A stretch of DNA of 64,000 nt from Candidatus Falkowbacteria bacterium (GTDB lineage: Bacteria > Patescibacteriota > Patescibacteriia > JAACEG01), in assembly GCA_018651725.1 (NCBI GenBank), contig JABIDK010000005.1, positions 64 through 64,063 on the forward strand, in the 5' to 3' direction. The position numbers and the translations under genes are program-made. Positions 41,779-51,931 of the stretch are shown here, piece after piece (position 1 is the first letter of the stretch; every line of letters starts with the position of its first letter). The notes beneath the pieces were generated by a model that did not search any database, was not told where the DNA came from, and saw only the letters and a program-made list of their open reading frames with translations.

Positions 41779-43059
41779 ATGCAACAAATAGCCGACTTAC
41801 ATATTCATTCTAAATATTCTCGGGCTTGTTCGCCAAAACTTGATTTACCTAATATCGATAGGTTTTGTGAAATTAAGGGGTTGGACATTGTAGCAACCGG
41901 GGACTTTACTTATCCGGCCTGGTTTGGCGATATTAAAAATCAACTGGAAGAAATTGAAAATACAGGACTGTATAAATTAAAAGAAGAATTTAAAATTAAA
42001 GATGACGAATTCAAAAACTTAAAAGGAGAGACAAAATTTATTCTCTCCACCGAGCTAGCTTTAGTTTATAAAAAAGGCGGGAAATGCCGTCGGCTTCATT
42101 TAGTGGTTTTAGCGCCAAGTGTTAAAGCAGTAGAAAAATTAAATAATTATTTGGATAAAAAATATAACATCCGTTCCGATGGCCGGCCGATTTTAGGAAT
42201 GAGCGCCGAAGAGTTGTGTGAAATTTGCTTTGGAATAGACGATAATTTTATGATAATTCCAGCGCATGCTTGGACGCCTTGGTACGCGATTTTTGGCTCT
42301 AAATCAGGGTTTGACAGCTTAGAAGAGTGCTTTGGAAAATGGACATCAAAGATAAAAGCCATTGAAACAGGTTTATCAAGTGACCCGGAGATGAATTGGT
42401 CTTTGTCAGCTTTAGATAATATAACTTTGATCTCTAACTCCGATGCCCATTCTTTGCCAAATTTGGGACGGGAGGCAAATATATTTGATTTAGAAGAAAT
42501 TACCTATCAAGAAATTAAACAAGTAATTGAATCAGGAGACAGAAAGAAGTTTTTAAAGACAATTGAATTTTATCCGGAGGAAGGAATGTATCATTTTGAC
42601 GGTCATCGAGAGTGTGGAATAAGTTTTGATCCAACAGAAACAAAAAAACACAAAGGAATCTGCCCAAAGTGCAAAAGACCATTAACTATTGGAGTAACAA
42701 ATCGAGTCCATAGTTTGGCGGACAGGAAGCTTGGATTTAAACCCAAGAACGCTATCCCCTTTGTTAAGTTGGTAGAGCTTGATAAAATTATCGCCGAAAG
42801 TCTGGGAGTCAAAAGTCGTAGCTCTAAAAAAGTGCAAGAGGAATATAAAAATATGATAAATAAATTAGGCAGCGAACTTCAAATATTGCTTAATTTAGGA
42901 AGAGAGGAAATTGCTAAAGTTAGCAAAGAAAAAATAGCCGAGGGGATAGAAAAAATGCGTTCAGGAGATATAATTATTGAACCCGGCTTTGATGGTCAAT
43001 ACGGAAAAATAAAGATTTTTAAAGAAGATAAAGCGTCTGTGCAAAAACAATTGTTGTAA
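41779..43059 (+). CDS. endonuclease Q family protein (PHP domain, Zn ribbon)
   Basis: ADLHIHSKYSRA, TGDFT, DGRP, PAHAWTPW, ETGLSSD, NSDAHS, G.YH.DGHR.C, CPKC, PGFDG.YG. Confidence 0.92.
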   Translation: MQQIADLHIHSKYSRACSPKLDLPNIDRFCEIKGLDIVATGDFTYPAWFGDIKNQLEEIENTGLYKLKEEFKIKDDEFKNLKGETKFILSTELALVYKKGGKCRRLHLVVLAPSVKAVEKLNNYLDKKYNIRSDGRPILGMSAEELCEICFGIDDNFMIIPAHAWTPWYAIFGSKSGFDSLEECFGKWTSKIKAIETGLSSDPEMNWSLSALDNITLISNSDAHSLPNLGREANIFDLEEITYQEIKQVIESGDRKKFLKTIEFYPEEGMYHFDGHRECGISFDPTETKKHKGICPKCKRPLTIGVTNRVHSLADRKLGFKPKNAIPFVKLVELDKIIAESLGVKSRSSKKVQEEYKNMINKLGSELQILLNLGREEIAKVSKEKIAEGIEKMRSGDIIIEPGFDGQYGKIKIFKEDKASVQKQLL

Positions 43060-43114
43060 GGATTTAAAAAAAATGGTAAAATATATTTATCTAAACATGT
43101 TGAAATGATTAACT

Positions 43115-43495
43115 ATGTCTTTCCGCACTTATATAATTTTTATGTCTGTGGCGACCCTTGTTTCTTGGAGCGCTTGGGGGATTATTCTTTTTTTAGTAAA
43201 CCCTTTTGAGGCCGATGTAATGAGTTTTCTCTTTTTTTATGTTAGCTTGTTTTTTTCTTTACTCGGAACTATAGCTATTATCGGAGCTTTAACAAGAAGA
43301 ATTTTTATAAAAGATAAAATGTTATTCAGGCAAGTTATAGTTTCTTTTCGCCAGGCAGTATTTATTTCTTTTTTAATAATGCTTTGTTTACTGCTTCAAG
43401 GCGAAAGACTGTTAACTTGGTGGAATATAATGCTTTTGATTGCAGCTGTAAGCGTAATAGAATTATTCGCCATCTCAAAAAAACAGAAGATATAA
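43115..43495 (+). CDS. membrane protein (4 TM)
   Basis: Hydrophobic 126 aa; SFRQA motif. Confidence 0.8.
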   Translation: MSFRTYIIFMSVATLVSWSAWGIILFLVNPFEADVMSFLFFYVSLFFSLLGTIAIIGALTRRIFIKDKMLFRQVIVSFRQAVFISFLIMLCLLLQGERLLTWWNIMLLIAAVSVIELFAISKKQKI

Positions 43496-43511
43496 TTTAA
43501 TCAAAAAACTT

Positions 43512-43625
43512 ATGCTTTTTCGCAACAAAGAGAAAAAACAAGCCAAGGCAGATATGAACTTATTGTTTTATATTGGCACAGGAATAGTCATCGGTGTAGT
43601 CGTAGTGTTAGCAACTACTTTATAA
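43512..43625 (+). CDS. 37-aa single-TM microprotein (not in ORF track)
   Basis: MLFRNKEKKQAKADMNLLFYIGTGIVIGVVVVLATTL fills the gap between co-oriented genes. Confidence 0.6.
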   Translation: MLFRNKEKKQAKADMNLLFYIGTGIVIGVVVVLATTL

Positions 43626-43647
43626 TTAATTTAAAAATATTAATTTT

Positions 43648-43944
43648 ATGTTAGAAACAAGCAAAGATGTTTTGTACATTATTTTGGCTTTTTGTGTTTT
43701 GTGGTTGACGATTTTTTTGAGTTGGCTAATGTTTTATATTATAAAAATATTTAGAAACACTAACAAAATTATAAACCAAGCCACCGAAACAATCAGCAAA
43801 GTAGACAGGTTCGTAGACGCCTTCAAGGGAAAGCTAGAAAGTTCCACCTCTAATTTAATGCTTTTGGCAGACTTGGCCAGACAAGGAATGGAGTTCGTGG
43901 GGAAGAAGAGAGGAGGAAAGAGAAACACAAAAGGTAAAAAGTAA
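43648..43944 (+). CDS. membrane-anchored coiled-coil protein (DUF948-like)
   Basis: N-terminal TM followed by amphipathic helix. Confidence 0.7.
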   Translation: MLETSKDVLYIILAFCVLWLTIFLSWLMFYIIKIFRNTNKIINQATETISKVDRFVDAFKGKLESSTSNLMLLADLARQGMEFVGKKRGGKRNTKGKK

Positions 43945-43969
43945 TATTAACATGTTTAGATGATTATTT

Positions 43970-45115
43970 ATGCGTATTCATACTTATAAAAAAATCGCTT
44001 TAAATTTTTTGTTTTTGGTTTTTCTTTTAGTTGGACTGATTATTTATTTTATTTTTTATAAAGTTGAAATACATATCACACCGGTTAAAGAAAAAGTAAG
44101 TGTTGATTTTTCTTTTGAAGTCAGCGGAGAAGACAGTGAACTCAAAAAAAGAGACAATATAATAGAGGGCGATGTTTTAGAGGTTGAGGTAGAAGGAGAA
44201 AAAGAATTTTCTTCTTCCGGGACAAAAAAAGTCTTTGAGGGAAGTGTTGGTAGTGTCTTTATTGTAAATAAAGAAGGTTTTGACCAACCTCTGATTGCTA
44301 CAACTCGCGTTTTAACGGCTGATAATATTTTATTTAGAATAAAAACAGGAGTTATTGTGCCGGCAAACGGAGAAATAGAAACAGAGGTTTACGCTGATGA
44401 TAAAAACTTTAAAGGAGTTATAAAACCCACTAAATTAACTATTCCGGGATTATCTAAATCTCTGCAAAAAACAATTTACGCGGAAAATAGAGAGAATTTA
44501 GGTGAAACTAAGACCGTAAAAATAGTTTCTCAAGAAGATATTAATGTTGCTCGCGAAACTTTAACAGAAGAACTGTACAATAAAGCAAAAGATCAATTTG
44601 ATTTGAAAAGTAAAAACAAGATTAACCTTAGCTTAATAGGGCGTATTCCTAAAATAAAAGAAGTCAGCTGGAAGGAAACTGTTTTAGAAAAAGTAAATAA
44701 AGAAGTTGGTTCTTTGTCGGAAGATTTTGAACTGTACTTAAAAATCAAAGCAATAGAGATTTCTTTTGATGAAAATAAAATTTACGATTTAGCAATATTA
44801 AAGCTTAAAGAAGCTGTTCCGGACGATAAAGAATTCATTGAAATTAATAAAAACAGCCTTAATTATGTAGTTGAAGAGTTTGATGTAGATAAAAAAATAG
44901 CCAAAATAAAAATTTACGCTTCCGGTGAGATGATAATTAGTGAAGACAATAAAATTTTAGATAAAAATGTTTTAACCGGAGAAGCTGTGAAAGAAAGTCA
45001 AAAGCGCTTAGAGTCCTCGCCTTCCATATATAAGGTGGAAATTAAAACCCCGTTTAACTTATTCAAATTTATTCCAAAAAATAAAAACAAAATAAAAATA
45101 ATTATTCAGGATTAG
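43970..45115 (+). CDS. membrane-anchored protein with baseplate-J-like middle region
   Basis: N-terminal TM; G.V.I.N...Q.LI.TTR...LFR....V.VPA...VYAD...TIPGL pattern common in CPR proteins. Confidence 0.6.
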   Translation: MRIHTYKKIALNFLFLVFLLVGLIIYFIFYKVEIHITPVKEKVSVDFSFEVSGEDSELKKRDNIIEGDVLEVEVEGEKEFSSSGTKKVFEGSVGSVFIVNKEGFDQPLIATTRVLTADNILFRIKTGVIVPANGEIETEVYADDKNFKGVIKPTKLTIPGLSKSLQKTIYAENRENLGETKTVKIVSQEDINVARETLTEELYNKAKDQFDLKSKNKINLSLIGRIPKIKEVSWKETVLEKVNKEVGSLSEDFELYLKIKAIEISFDENKIYDLAILKLKEAVPDDKEFIEINKNSLNYVVEEFDVDKKIAKIKIYASGEMIISEDNKILDKNVLTGEAVKESQKRLESSPSIYKVEIKTPFNLFKFIPKNKNKIKIIIQD

Positions 45116-45133
45116 ATTTATTACATAAATAAG

Positions 45134-45142
45134 TTATCCACA
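45134..45142 (+). promoter_or_regulatory. single consensus DnaA box
   Basis: TTATCCACA in an intergenic region upstream of a TG-TATAAT promoter. Confidence 0.35.
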
Positions 45143-45322
45143 AGTATTTAAGGTTATCTTTTTTAAGAAAAATGTGCTATAATGTAAAATAGTCAAAAGC
45201 AGAAAGTCAAAAATCTATAAAATCAAGGTAATATTGTATTTTATACATAATAATAAATATATTTAAATGTTTATCCGTTAGCTAACGGAGATTAAATGTT
45301 TAAATATTTAAATGATTTTTTT

Positions 45323-45700
45323 ATGCCAAAAACAACTATAATTCTTTTGATAGATGATGATCAGATATTGCTTGAAATGTATGAACAAAAATTTAAATTA
45401 GCCAAATTCGATGTTTTAACTGCTATCAACGGAAATGAAGGGTTTAAAATAGCTACTGCCAAGAAACCGGATTTTATTTTAACTGATTTGGTGATGCCGG
45501 GTAGTGATGGTTTTGAGTTTTTAAGTAAATTAAAAAGAGATGAAAGGACTAAAAATATTCCCTTTATCACTCTTACTAATTTAAGTAGTGAATCTGACAA
45601 GAAAGAAGTTATGAAAAAAGGATCTTTGGATTATCTCGTAAAATCAAACTTTACCCCGGCTCAAGTTGTAGAAAAAGTAAAAAGTAAATTAAAAAAATAA
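45323..45700 (+). CDS. single-domain response regulator (CheY-like)
   Basis: ILLIDDD, PDFILTDLVMP..DG, LTN, DYLVK. Confidence 0.93.
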   Translation: MPKTTIILLIDDDQILLEMYEQKFKLAKFDVLTAINGNEGFKIATAKKPDFILTDLVMPGSDGFEFLSKLKRDERTKNIPFITLTNLSSESDKKEVMKKGSLDYLVKSNFTPAQVVEKVKSKLKK

Positions 45701-45746
45701 TTATATATTTTAAAATAGATTTATTGCAGAATAAGTCTAACGCAAT

Positions 45747-48700
45747 ATGATAACATATTTCAAAAAACAAAAAGCTAATTTTTTAGCTATTTTTATTTTT
45801 TCAATTTTTGGCTTATTACTTTTAGCTTCCAGCGCTTCGGCCAATGTTACCGGTAGCGGAACTTATGTTTCGAGTATCGAACCTATTGGTTTCCCAGTGC
45901 AGTGGGGAGATATGACTTGGACTGTAGCAAACGGTGGGACATTTACAATAAAAGTTAGGTCTTGTGACGACGCGTCTTGTAGTGGGGAAACTGCTATAGC
46001 AAGTTGTCCAAATTTTTATAGCGGATCAGCAAGTGGATCCGCAGATATTACCAGTAATGGTTGCGTTTCTGATGGTGATGATTATGTTCAATATCAGGTA
46101 TATTTTTCCAAAAGTTTTTCAGAATCAAGTAGCACTTCTCAGCCAACGTTAACAGTCATGAACATTGCTTATGCTTCATATACAATAGGCGCAAGTACTT
46201 TAACTTCTTCTAAATACGAAGCCTCAACCGGCAATGTTATGGGTGGTGTTGGCTGGGACGAAGATACAACTTTACCAGACGGAACAGAGGTAGCTATTTA
46301 TCTTAAAACAGCCGCTACTGAAGGAGGTCTAGATAGCGCCACTTGGTATGGAGTCGCCACTTCAACACCGCCATCAACTGTAACTTCAGGATGTACTAAA
46401 GTATCGGGTACTGTTTCTTGTAATAGCACTGTTATTCCAGAATCTATGATAACTGGCGGAGACGATGATTGGTTCCAGTATAAAATTAAACTAGTCTCTG
46501 ATGGAGCCAATACGCCAACGGTTGATGAAATTATTATAACTTATGTTGTAAACGCTCCGCCGGCCTTTGATTCAGGTTATGAGAATAGTGGAGTTGGCGC
46601 TTCTCAAGGTAGTGATGGCCAAATCACTATTGCTTATTCGGTCAAAGATGAAGATACGACTTCTGGAAATTATAACGGTTATGTTGAGCCAACTTACTAT
46701 TATTCATTGAACGGCGGCTCTAGTTGGACAGAGATTACATCAGGGTTATCTGCTAATGCAACGACCAATAAAACAGTAGTAGAAGGCTCTTACACAGAGC
46801 ATAACGGCATTACCTGGAACCCGAAATCAATGATCGATGATAACTATAGCGCAACAGCCCAAATTAAAGTAAGTGTTTTTGACGGAGAAGCCGCTAATCA
46901 TACTGCTGAACAAGCAAGTGCAAGCTTTACTTTAGATACCACCGACCCGGCTCCTGGCGCTACCCCTATTATAATTAAAGCAACTTCAACTCCGGCAGTA
47001 TTAACAATTTCTGCTACAGATAACTCCAGCTTTCAAATGAAAGTAGGCTTGGTATATAACGGAACTGACGATATTACCGATGCTTCTTGGGAAAGTTATG
47101 CTGCAAGTGACACTATTTCTTTGGCTAGTGATCCTGATACGGTTTATGTTTTGTTTAAAGATGCCTATAGTAATACCTCGACAGTTGCTTCTCTTGCATC
47201 AATTGAAACACCTTCATATATGATGATTCAGGATACTACTAATCTTAGCATCCCGGAATACCGTGAATTTGTTTCTTGGAAGGTAGTTACCGGAGCAGCT
47301 GACTTTGCCGAATACAGAGTACTTCGATCTGAAAGTGAGGCGTCTGGTTACTCAATAATAAGACGTGAAACAGATAGACTTATTAACTCTTATGTTGATA
47401 CCTCTGTAGTTTTCGATGATTTATATTACTATAAAGTTGCTCATGTTGATAATAATGGAAATACTTCGTATTTAACATCTGCTATAAGCGGTAAGGCTAA
47501 CGGTGTTCAAGACTTTGGCGAGGGTGGCGGAGGAACTTCCGGTGATGCGCCGAATATTGATGAGACATTAGGCACTGGTAAATTTGAGGTAACTAATATA
47601 AACAGCACCAGCGCAACAATCAACTGGGAGACAACCGATAGTTTTGGGTCTGATAGTGTAGTTGAGTATGTAACTGTAATCGGTGGAGATTTTGATGATG
47701 CCCCAAGCCAAGGTGTAGCAACCGTAGCTAATACAGCAGCTGCTCTTGGTAAACATAGTATTACTTTAACCGGTCTTGAAAAAGATACAGTTTACTACAT
47801 ACGAATAAGATCAACAAACCCAACCTCTAATCTCTCCGATACATATAAGTATGGTCAAAATGGTCTAGATTTTGAGACTGATGATGGACCGATAATTTCT
47901 GCTGTATCTCATGGCACGCCTACAGCATCGGGAGCTACCGTTACTTGGACTACCGACAAAAGCGCAGATTCTTATGTTTATTATTCAGAGAGCTCAGATA
48001 TGTCTGGAAAGCTTAGGGTAGGCAGTGATACTTTAACTACCTCCCATAGCGTTGACCTTGCAGGCTTAACTTTAAATACGACTTATTACTATTATATTGT
48101 TTCAGCTGATAGTGAAGCTAACACAGACACTTGGGATATTACTGATAACGGAGGAAGTGAATATCCAAATTTCACTACCGCTAACGACACAATAGATCCT
48201 ATTATCACCGTTGACCCGACTGTGATTTATACTACCAGTACCGCCACTGTTGTTTGGACTACTGACGAAACTTCTTATTCCAAAGTTTATTATGCGACCG
48301 ACACTTACTATACCGGCAATGGCAGTACTTACAGCGATGAAACAACCTGGACCTCTGTTTTAACTAGGAACCATGCAGTTAATTTAGTAGATCTTACCCC
48401 GGGAGTTACCTATCATTATCAGGTTGAATCAAAAGATGGTAGCACCAACGAAAACACTTCCACTCCGTCTACTGACGCCACTTTTGTTTTAACCGGTGTG
48501 GCGACAAGTATATCAAGTGTCGCGGTTTCCGGAGAAACAAGCTCCGGGGCGACTATTACTTGGACAACAGGTGAAGCTTCTGACAGTGTGGTTGAATATA
48601 ATACAGTTGGGGCCAGTAATGAAAACTTTGTAAACGCTCCAAGTCAAGGTAAAGCAGAATCAGTTACTTCCCATAGCGTGACTTTAACCGGATTAAGCGC

Positions 48701-51101
48701 AGGTACCACTTATTATTTCAGAGTTAATTCAACCGATAGCGATGGTAATACCGGTACCGGTGCTGGAACAAACTTTGACACCACCGCTGGACCAAGTATT
48801 ACCTTTGTTAAGGCTACCGACGAAACAGTAACTCAAACTACTGCAACCATTACCTGGTCAACAGACCTTGAAACAGATGGAAGGGTAGTTTATTCAGTAA
48901 ACGATGATATGTCCCATCCAATTACCGTCGCTACCACTACATTAAAAACAGCCCATGAAATTGTTCTTAACGACTTAACTTTAAATAGTACTTATTATTA
49001 CTATCTCCAATCAACCGACGCAGAAGGTAATATCGCTACAGACAACAACAGCGGAAGCTATTGGCCTTTATCAACTTCAGACGACACAACTGATCCGGAA
49101 ATCATAGAATATTCAGTAGTAACCTCAACCAGTACAGCTACAATTACATGGAAAACCGATGAATTGTCAACCAGTAGAGTAAGGTATGATTCAGACAGTA
49201 ACTATAGCGAAGATTCAAGTTTAGATAGTGGTCCTGACGAAGATACAACCTATACGATTAGTCATTCAGTTGTGCTAACCGGATTAACACATAATACCAA
49301 CTATTGGTTTAATATGTTATCTAATGATGCGAGAAATAACGGAACTCCGTCAGATGCTTATAGTTTTGTAACTATTCCGGATGTTGTTGCCAGTTGTCCG
49401 GCTTGTCCGCCATGTCGAAGCGGTGGCGGAGGACAGGTTTGTCCAAAAGTTGATACAACTGCTCCAAGTATTTCAATGATAAATATTCAAGATTTAACTC
49501 ACACTAGCGCTAAAATTGCTTGGAAAACCAATGAAAATGCCACTTCTATTATTAATTACGGATTATTTGATTCCACAGAAAATTCAGTTAATAACAGAAA
49601 TAGCTTAACAGCGCTTACCATGGATCATCTAGTGTCTTTAGATAATCTTCTCCCGCAAACTACCTACTATTATCAACTTGCCTCTCGCGATAAATCAGGT
49701 AACTTGGCAATTTCAGATAATTTTACCTTCCAAACCAAAACTTTGAGTGAAGGACTTCTTGAAAAAACTAAAGAAGACTTAAAAGAAATTGATTCTCTTG
49801 AGGCAAGATTGGACGCTATTAAAGAAGAAAAAGACGAAGAGAAAAGAGCTGTTCAGGAGAGAGAAGCTAATAGTTTATTGTTATCAAGTTTGAATAAAGT
49901 AAATCAAATCGTGCAAAAGTTTAAAGGATATATCTCAGTTGATACCTTGGAGTTATCTCTAAAAGACAGTCTTTCTAATATTGAAAAGCTTGTACCTTCT
50001 CCAACACTAGAAGGAATTCCAATGATTGAAGTTGAAGAAGATAAGGTAACTATTTCTTGGGGAACCAACAAAGGCTCCAATTCAGTTGTTCTGTTTGTAC
50101 CAGAAGAGGAGTATACTCCAACTAGTCAGAATCCATATATCTATCAAACAGGAAGCACCGGTGCTATGACCACGGATCATAAAGTAGTTATTCCAAATTT
50201 GGCTCCGGGAACAACTTATCACTTCCAGGTTCAAAGTAAGGCTCCGATTGGTCCGGAGGTAACTTCAGAGAATTTGACATTTACCACTTTAAAGGAAATC
50301 CCTAAGGTAACTGTTTCTCAGATTATACAAATTACAGACAACACCGCTACTATCGCTTGGGAGACAAATACACCAACCGATTCTTTGATAAGGTATATTC
50401 CTTATGACGAAGAAGAAGAAAGATACGACGATGAAAGAGCTCAGATTCAAGGTAAAGTGGAGCTTGTAAAAAATCATGTTCTAACAATTGAAAACCTTGT
50501 TCCGGGAACTACTTACGGCTTAACTATCGAAGGCAGAGATGAGCTTGGTCAAACTCTAATTTACGATATGGGTGAACTAAATACCTCAAAAGACATTCGT
50601 TCTCCAGAAATAATGAACGTTAAAACTGAGTCTTCTATTTTAGCCGGCAAAGAATCAAAAATTCAAACCATCATTTTCTGTAGCACCGACGAAGATTCTA
50701 CCAGTCAAATAATATTTGCTGAATCCCACAATAACGAAAAATTAAACGAAGAAAATATTATAAAGGCTCTAGAAGAAGAAAAACAGCACCAGGAATTAAT
50801 AGAAAATGATGGAATAGGAGCTCAAGCAAAAGACGATAAACAAATTTTTAGCTCGGATTCAACTGGTTTAAGCGTTGCTAAGTTAAACAAAGCTTTGTCT
50901 AAAAAGCACATTACGGTTTTAACCAACTTTAAATCAAGCACAGCCTACGCTTTCCGAATTATCTCGGTTGATCCATCTGGTAACAGAACTATTTCAGAAA
51001 AATATGTTCTTCTAACCCCGGAACAGTCCGAAACAGTAATTGATATGATTATTAAAACCTTCGAAACAAGATTTAGTTGGCTAGGAAAATTTAAACAATA
51101 G
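45747..51101 (+). CDS. large secreted/surface protein with many fibronectin type III repeats
   Basis: Signal peptide; about 10 repeats of ATITW.TD...S.V.Y...H.V.L.GL...T.Y.Y; Ser/Thr-rich. Confidence 0.92.
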   Translation: MITYFKKQKANFLAIFIFSIFGLLLLASSASANVTGSGTYVSSIEPIGFPVQWGDMTWTVANGGTFTIKVRSCDDASCSGETAIASCPNFYSGSASGSADITSNGCVSDGDDYVQYQVYFSKSFSESSSTSQPTLTVMNIAYASYTIGASTLTSSKYEASTGNVMGGVGWDEDTTLPDGTEVAIYLKTAATEGGLDSATWYGVATSTPPSTVTSGCTKVSGTVSCNSTVIPESMITGGDDDWFQYKIKLVSDGANTPTVDEIIITYVVNAPPAFDSGYENSGVGASQGSDGQITIAYSVKDEDTTSGNYNGYVEPTYYYSLNGGSSWTEITSGLSANATTNKTVVEGSYTEHNGITWNPKSMIDDNYSATAQIKVSVFDGEAANHTAEQASASFTLDTTDPAPGATPIIIKATSTPAVLTISATDNSSFQMKVGLVYNGTDDITDASWESYAASDTISLASDPDTVYVLFKDAYSNTSTVASLASIETPSYMMIQDTTNLSIPEYREFVSWKVVTGAADFAEYRVLRSESEASGYSIIRRETDRLINSYVDTSVVFDDLYYYKVAHVDNNGNTSYLTSAISGKANGVQDFGEGGGGTSGDAPNIDETLGTGKFEVTNINSTSATINWETTDSFGSDSVVEYVTVIGGDFDDAPSQGVATVANTAAALGKHSITLTGLEKDTVYYIRIRSTNPTSNLSDTYKYGQNGLDFETDDGPIISAVSHGTPTASGATVTWTTDKSADSYVYYSESSDMSGKLRVGSDTLTTSHSVDLAGLTLNTTYYYYIVSADSEANTDTWDITDNGGSEYPNFTTANDTIDPIITVDPTVIYTTSTATVVWTTDETSYSKVYYATDTYYTGNGSTYSDETTWTSVLTRNHAVNLVDLTPGVTYHYQVESKDGSTNENTSTPSTDATFVLTGVATSISSVAVSGETSSGATITWTTGEASDSVVEYNTVGASNENFVNAPSQGKAESVTSHSVTLTGLSAGTTYYFRVNSTDSDGNTGTGAGTNFDTTAGPSITFVKATDETVTQTTATITWSTDLETDGRVVYSVNDDMSHPITVATTTLKTAHEIVLNDLTLNSTYYYYLQSTDAEGNIATDNNSGSYWPLSTSDDTTDPEIIEYSVVTSTSTATITWKTDELSTSRVRYDSDSNYSEDSSLDSGPDEDTTYTISHSVVLTGLTHNTNYWFNMLSNDARNNGTPSDAYSFVTIPDVVASCPACPPCRSGGGGQVCPKVDTTAPSISMINIQDLTHTSAKIAWKTNENATSIINYGLFDSTENSVNNRNSLTALTMDHLVSLDNLLPQTTYYYQLASRDKSGNLAISDNFTFQTKTLSEGLLEKTKEDLKEIDSLEARLDAIKEEKDEEKRAVQEREANSLLLSSLNKVNQIVQKFKGYISVDTLELSLKDSLSNIEKLVPSPTLEGIPMIEVEEDKVTISWGTNKGSNSVVLFVPEEEYTPTSQNPYIYQTGSTGAMTTDHKVVIPNLAPGTTYHFQVQSKAPIGPEVTSENLTFTTLKEIPKVTVSQIIQITDNTATIAWETNTPTDSLIRYIPYDEEEERYDDERAQIQGKVELVKNHVLTIENLVPGTTYGLTIEGRDELGQTLIYDMGELNTSKDIRSPEIMNVKTESSILAGKESKIQTIIFCSTDEDSTSQIIFAESHNNEKLNEENIIKALEEEKQHQELIENDGIGAQAKDDKQIFSSDSTGLSVAKLNKALSKKHITVLTNFKSSTAYAFRIISVDPSGNRTISEKYVLLTPEQSETVIDMIIKTFETRFSWLGKFKQ

Positions 51102-51123
51102 AATCGTAGTCGAAAGCCTATAT

Positions 51124-51156
51124 TAAAACACGCCGCTAATTTTAGCGGCGTGTTTT
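51124..51156 (+). terminator. intrinsic terminator
   Basis: AAAACACGCCGCTAA/TTAGCGGCGTGTTTT. Confidence 0.85.
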
Positions 51157-51273
51157 GTATTTTGTAAGTATATGGTATAATGGGTTTAGAATATAGTCAG
51201 TCAGAGGCTGATCAGTCTCTGACTGAAATATAGAATATTTTAATCATTAAATAAGCTAGTAAAGCTAATTTTT

Positions 51274-51903
51274 ATGCCTATTCCTAAAAAAATTATTAAT
51301 TTTCTAGATAAACATGACATTGGTTATGAAATTTTAGAACATAAGACCGTTTATACGGCTTTTGATGCAGCTCAAACCATGGGTAAAAAATTAAGTGAAA
51401 TCGCTAAAACTCTGGCAGTTAAAGTTGATAAAAAATATGTTTTAGTGGTTGTGCCTGCTAGTCATAAAATTAATTTTGATAAATTAAAAAAACTTTTAAA
51501 AGCCAAGAAAATCACCATAGTAAAAGAAGTGGATATTAAAAATATTTTTAAGGTTAAGCCAGGCACATTACTTCCTTTTGGCGTTTTTCATAAAATACCG
51601 GTGTTCATTGACAAGACTCTCTTGAAAAGTAAAGTAGTAATAGTAAGCGCTGGAAGTTATACGCAGTCTTTAAAGCTAAAAGCAAAAGATTTAATAGAGC
51701 ATGGCGCCGAGACATTAACAATTTTCTCCAAAGCGCATAAATTTAAAAAGCAAAAAATAACTAAACCAAAAAAACCAGTCAAGAAAACAGTAACTAAAAA
51801 GAAATGCGCTAGGAAGCCATGTAAGGAAAAAACAACCGTACGAAAAAAATGTGTTAGAAAACCGAAAAAGAAGTGCGTTAAAAAACCAATAAAAAAGAAA
51901 TAA
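51274..51903 (+). CDS. YbaK/EbsC/ProX-family aminoacyl-tRNA deacylase with Lys/Cys-rich tail
   Basis: H..VYTA..AA, IAKTL, PGTLLPFG, SAGS; C-terminal KKC.RKP repeats. Confidence 0.88.
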   Translation: MPIPKKIINFLDKHDIGYEILEHKTVYTAFDAAQTMGKKLSEIAKTLAVKVDKKYVLVVVPASHKINFDKLKKLLKAKKITIVKEVDIKNIFKVKPGTLLPFGVFHKIPVFIDKTLLKSKVVIVSAGSYTQSLKLKAKDLIEHGAETLTIFSKAHKFKKQKITKPKKPVKKTVTKKKCARKPCKEKTTVRKKCVRKPKKKCVKKPIKKK

Positions 51904-51931
51904 AATGATTGTTTACATGTTTAAATGATAT

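Noticed and set aside
43970-45115. Prophage or contractile injection system suggested by the baseplate-J-like protein
   Set aside because: No sheath, tube, capsid or terminase genes; the protein has an N-terminal TM anchor.
45121-45300. Replication origin
   Set aside because: Only one DnaA box is visible, and no dnaA or dnaN nearby.
45747-51101. Diversity-generating retroelement target
   Set aside because: No reverse transcriptase and no TR/VR near-duplicate pair with adenine-specific differences seen in the window.
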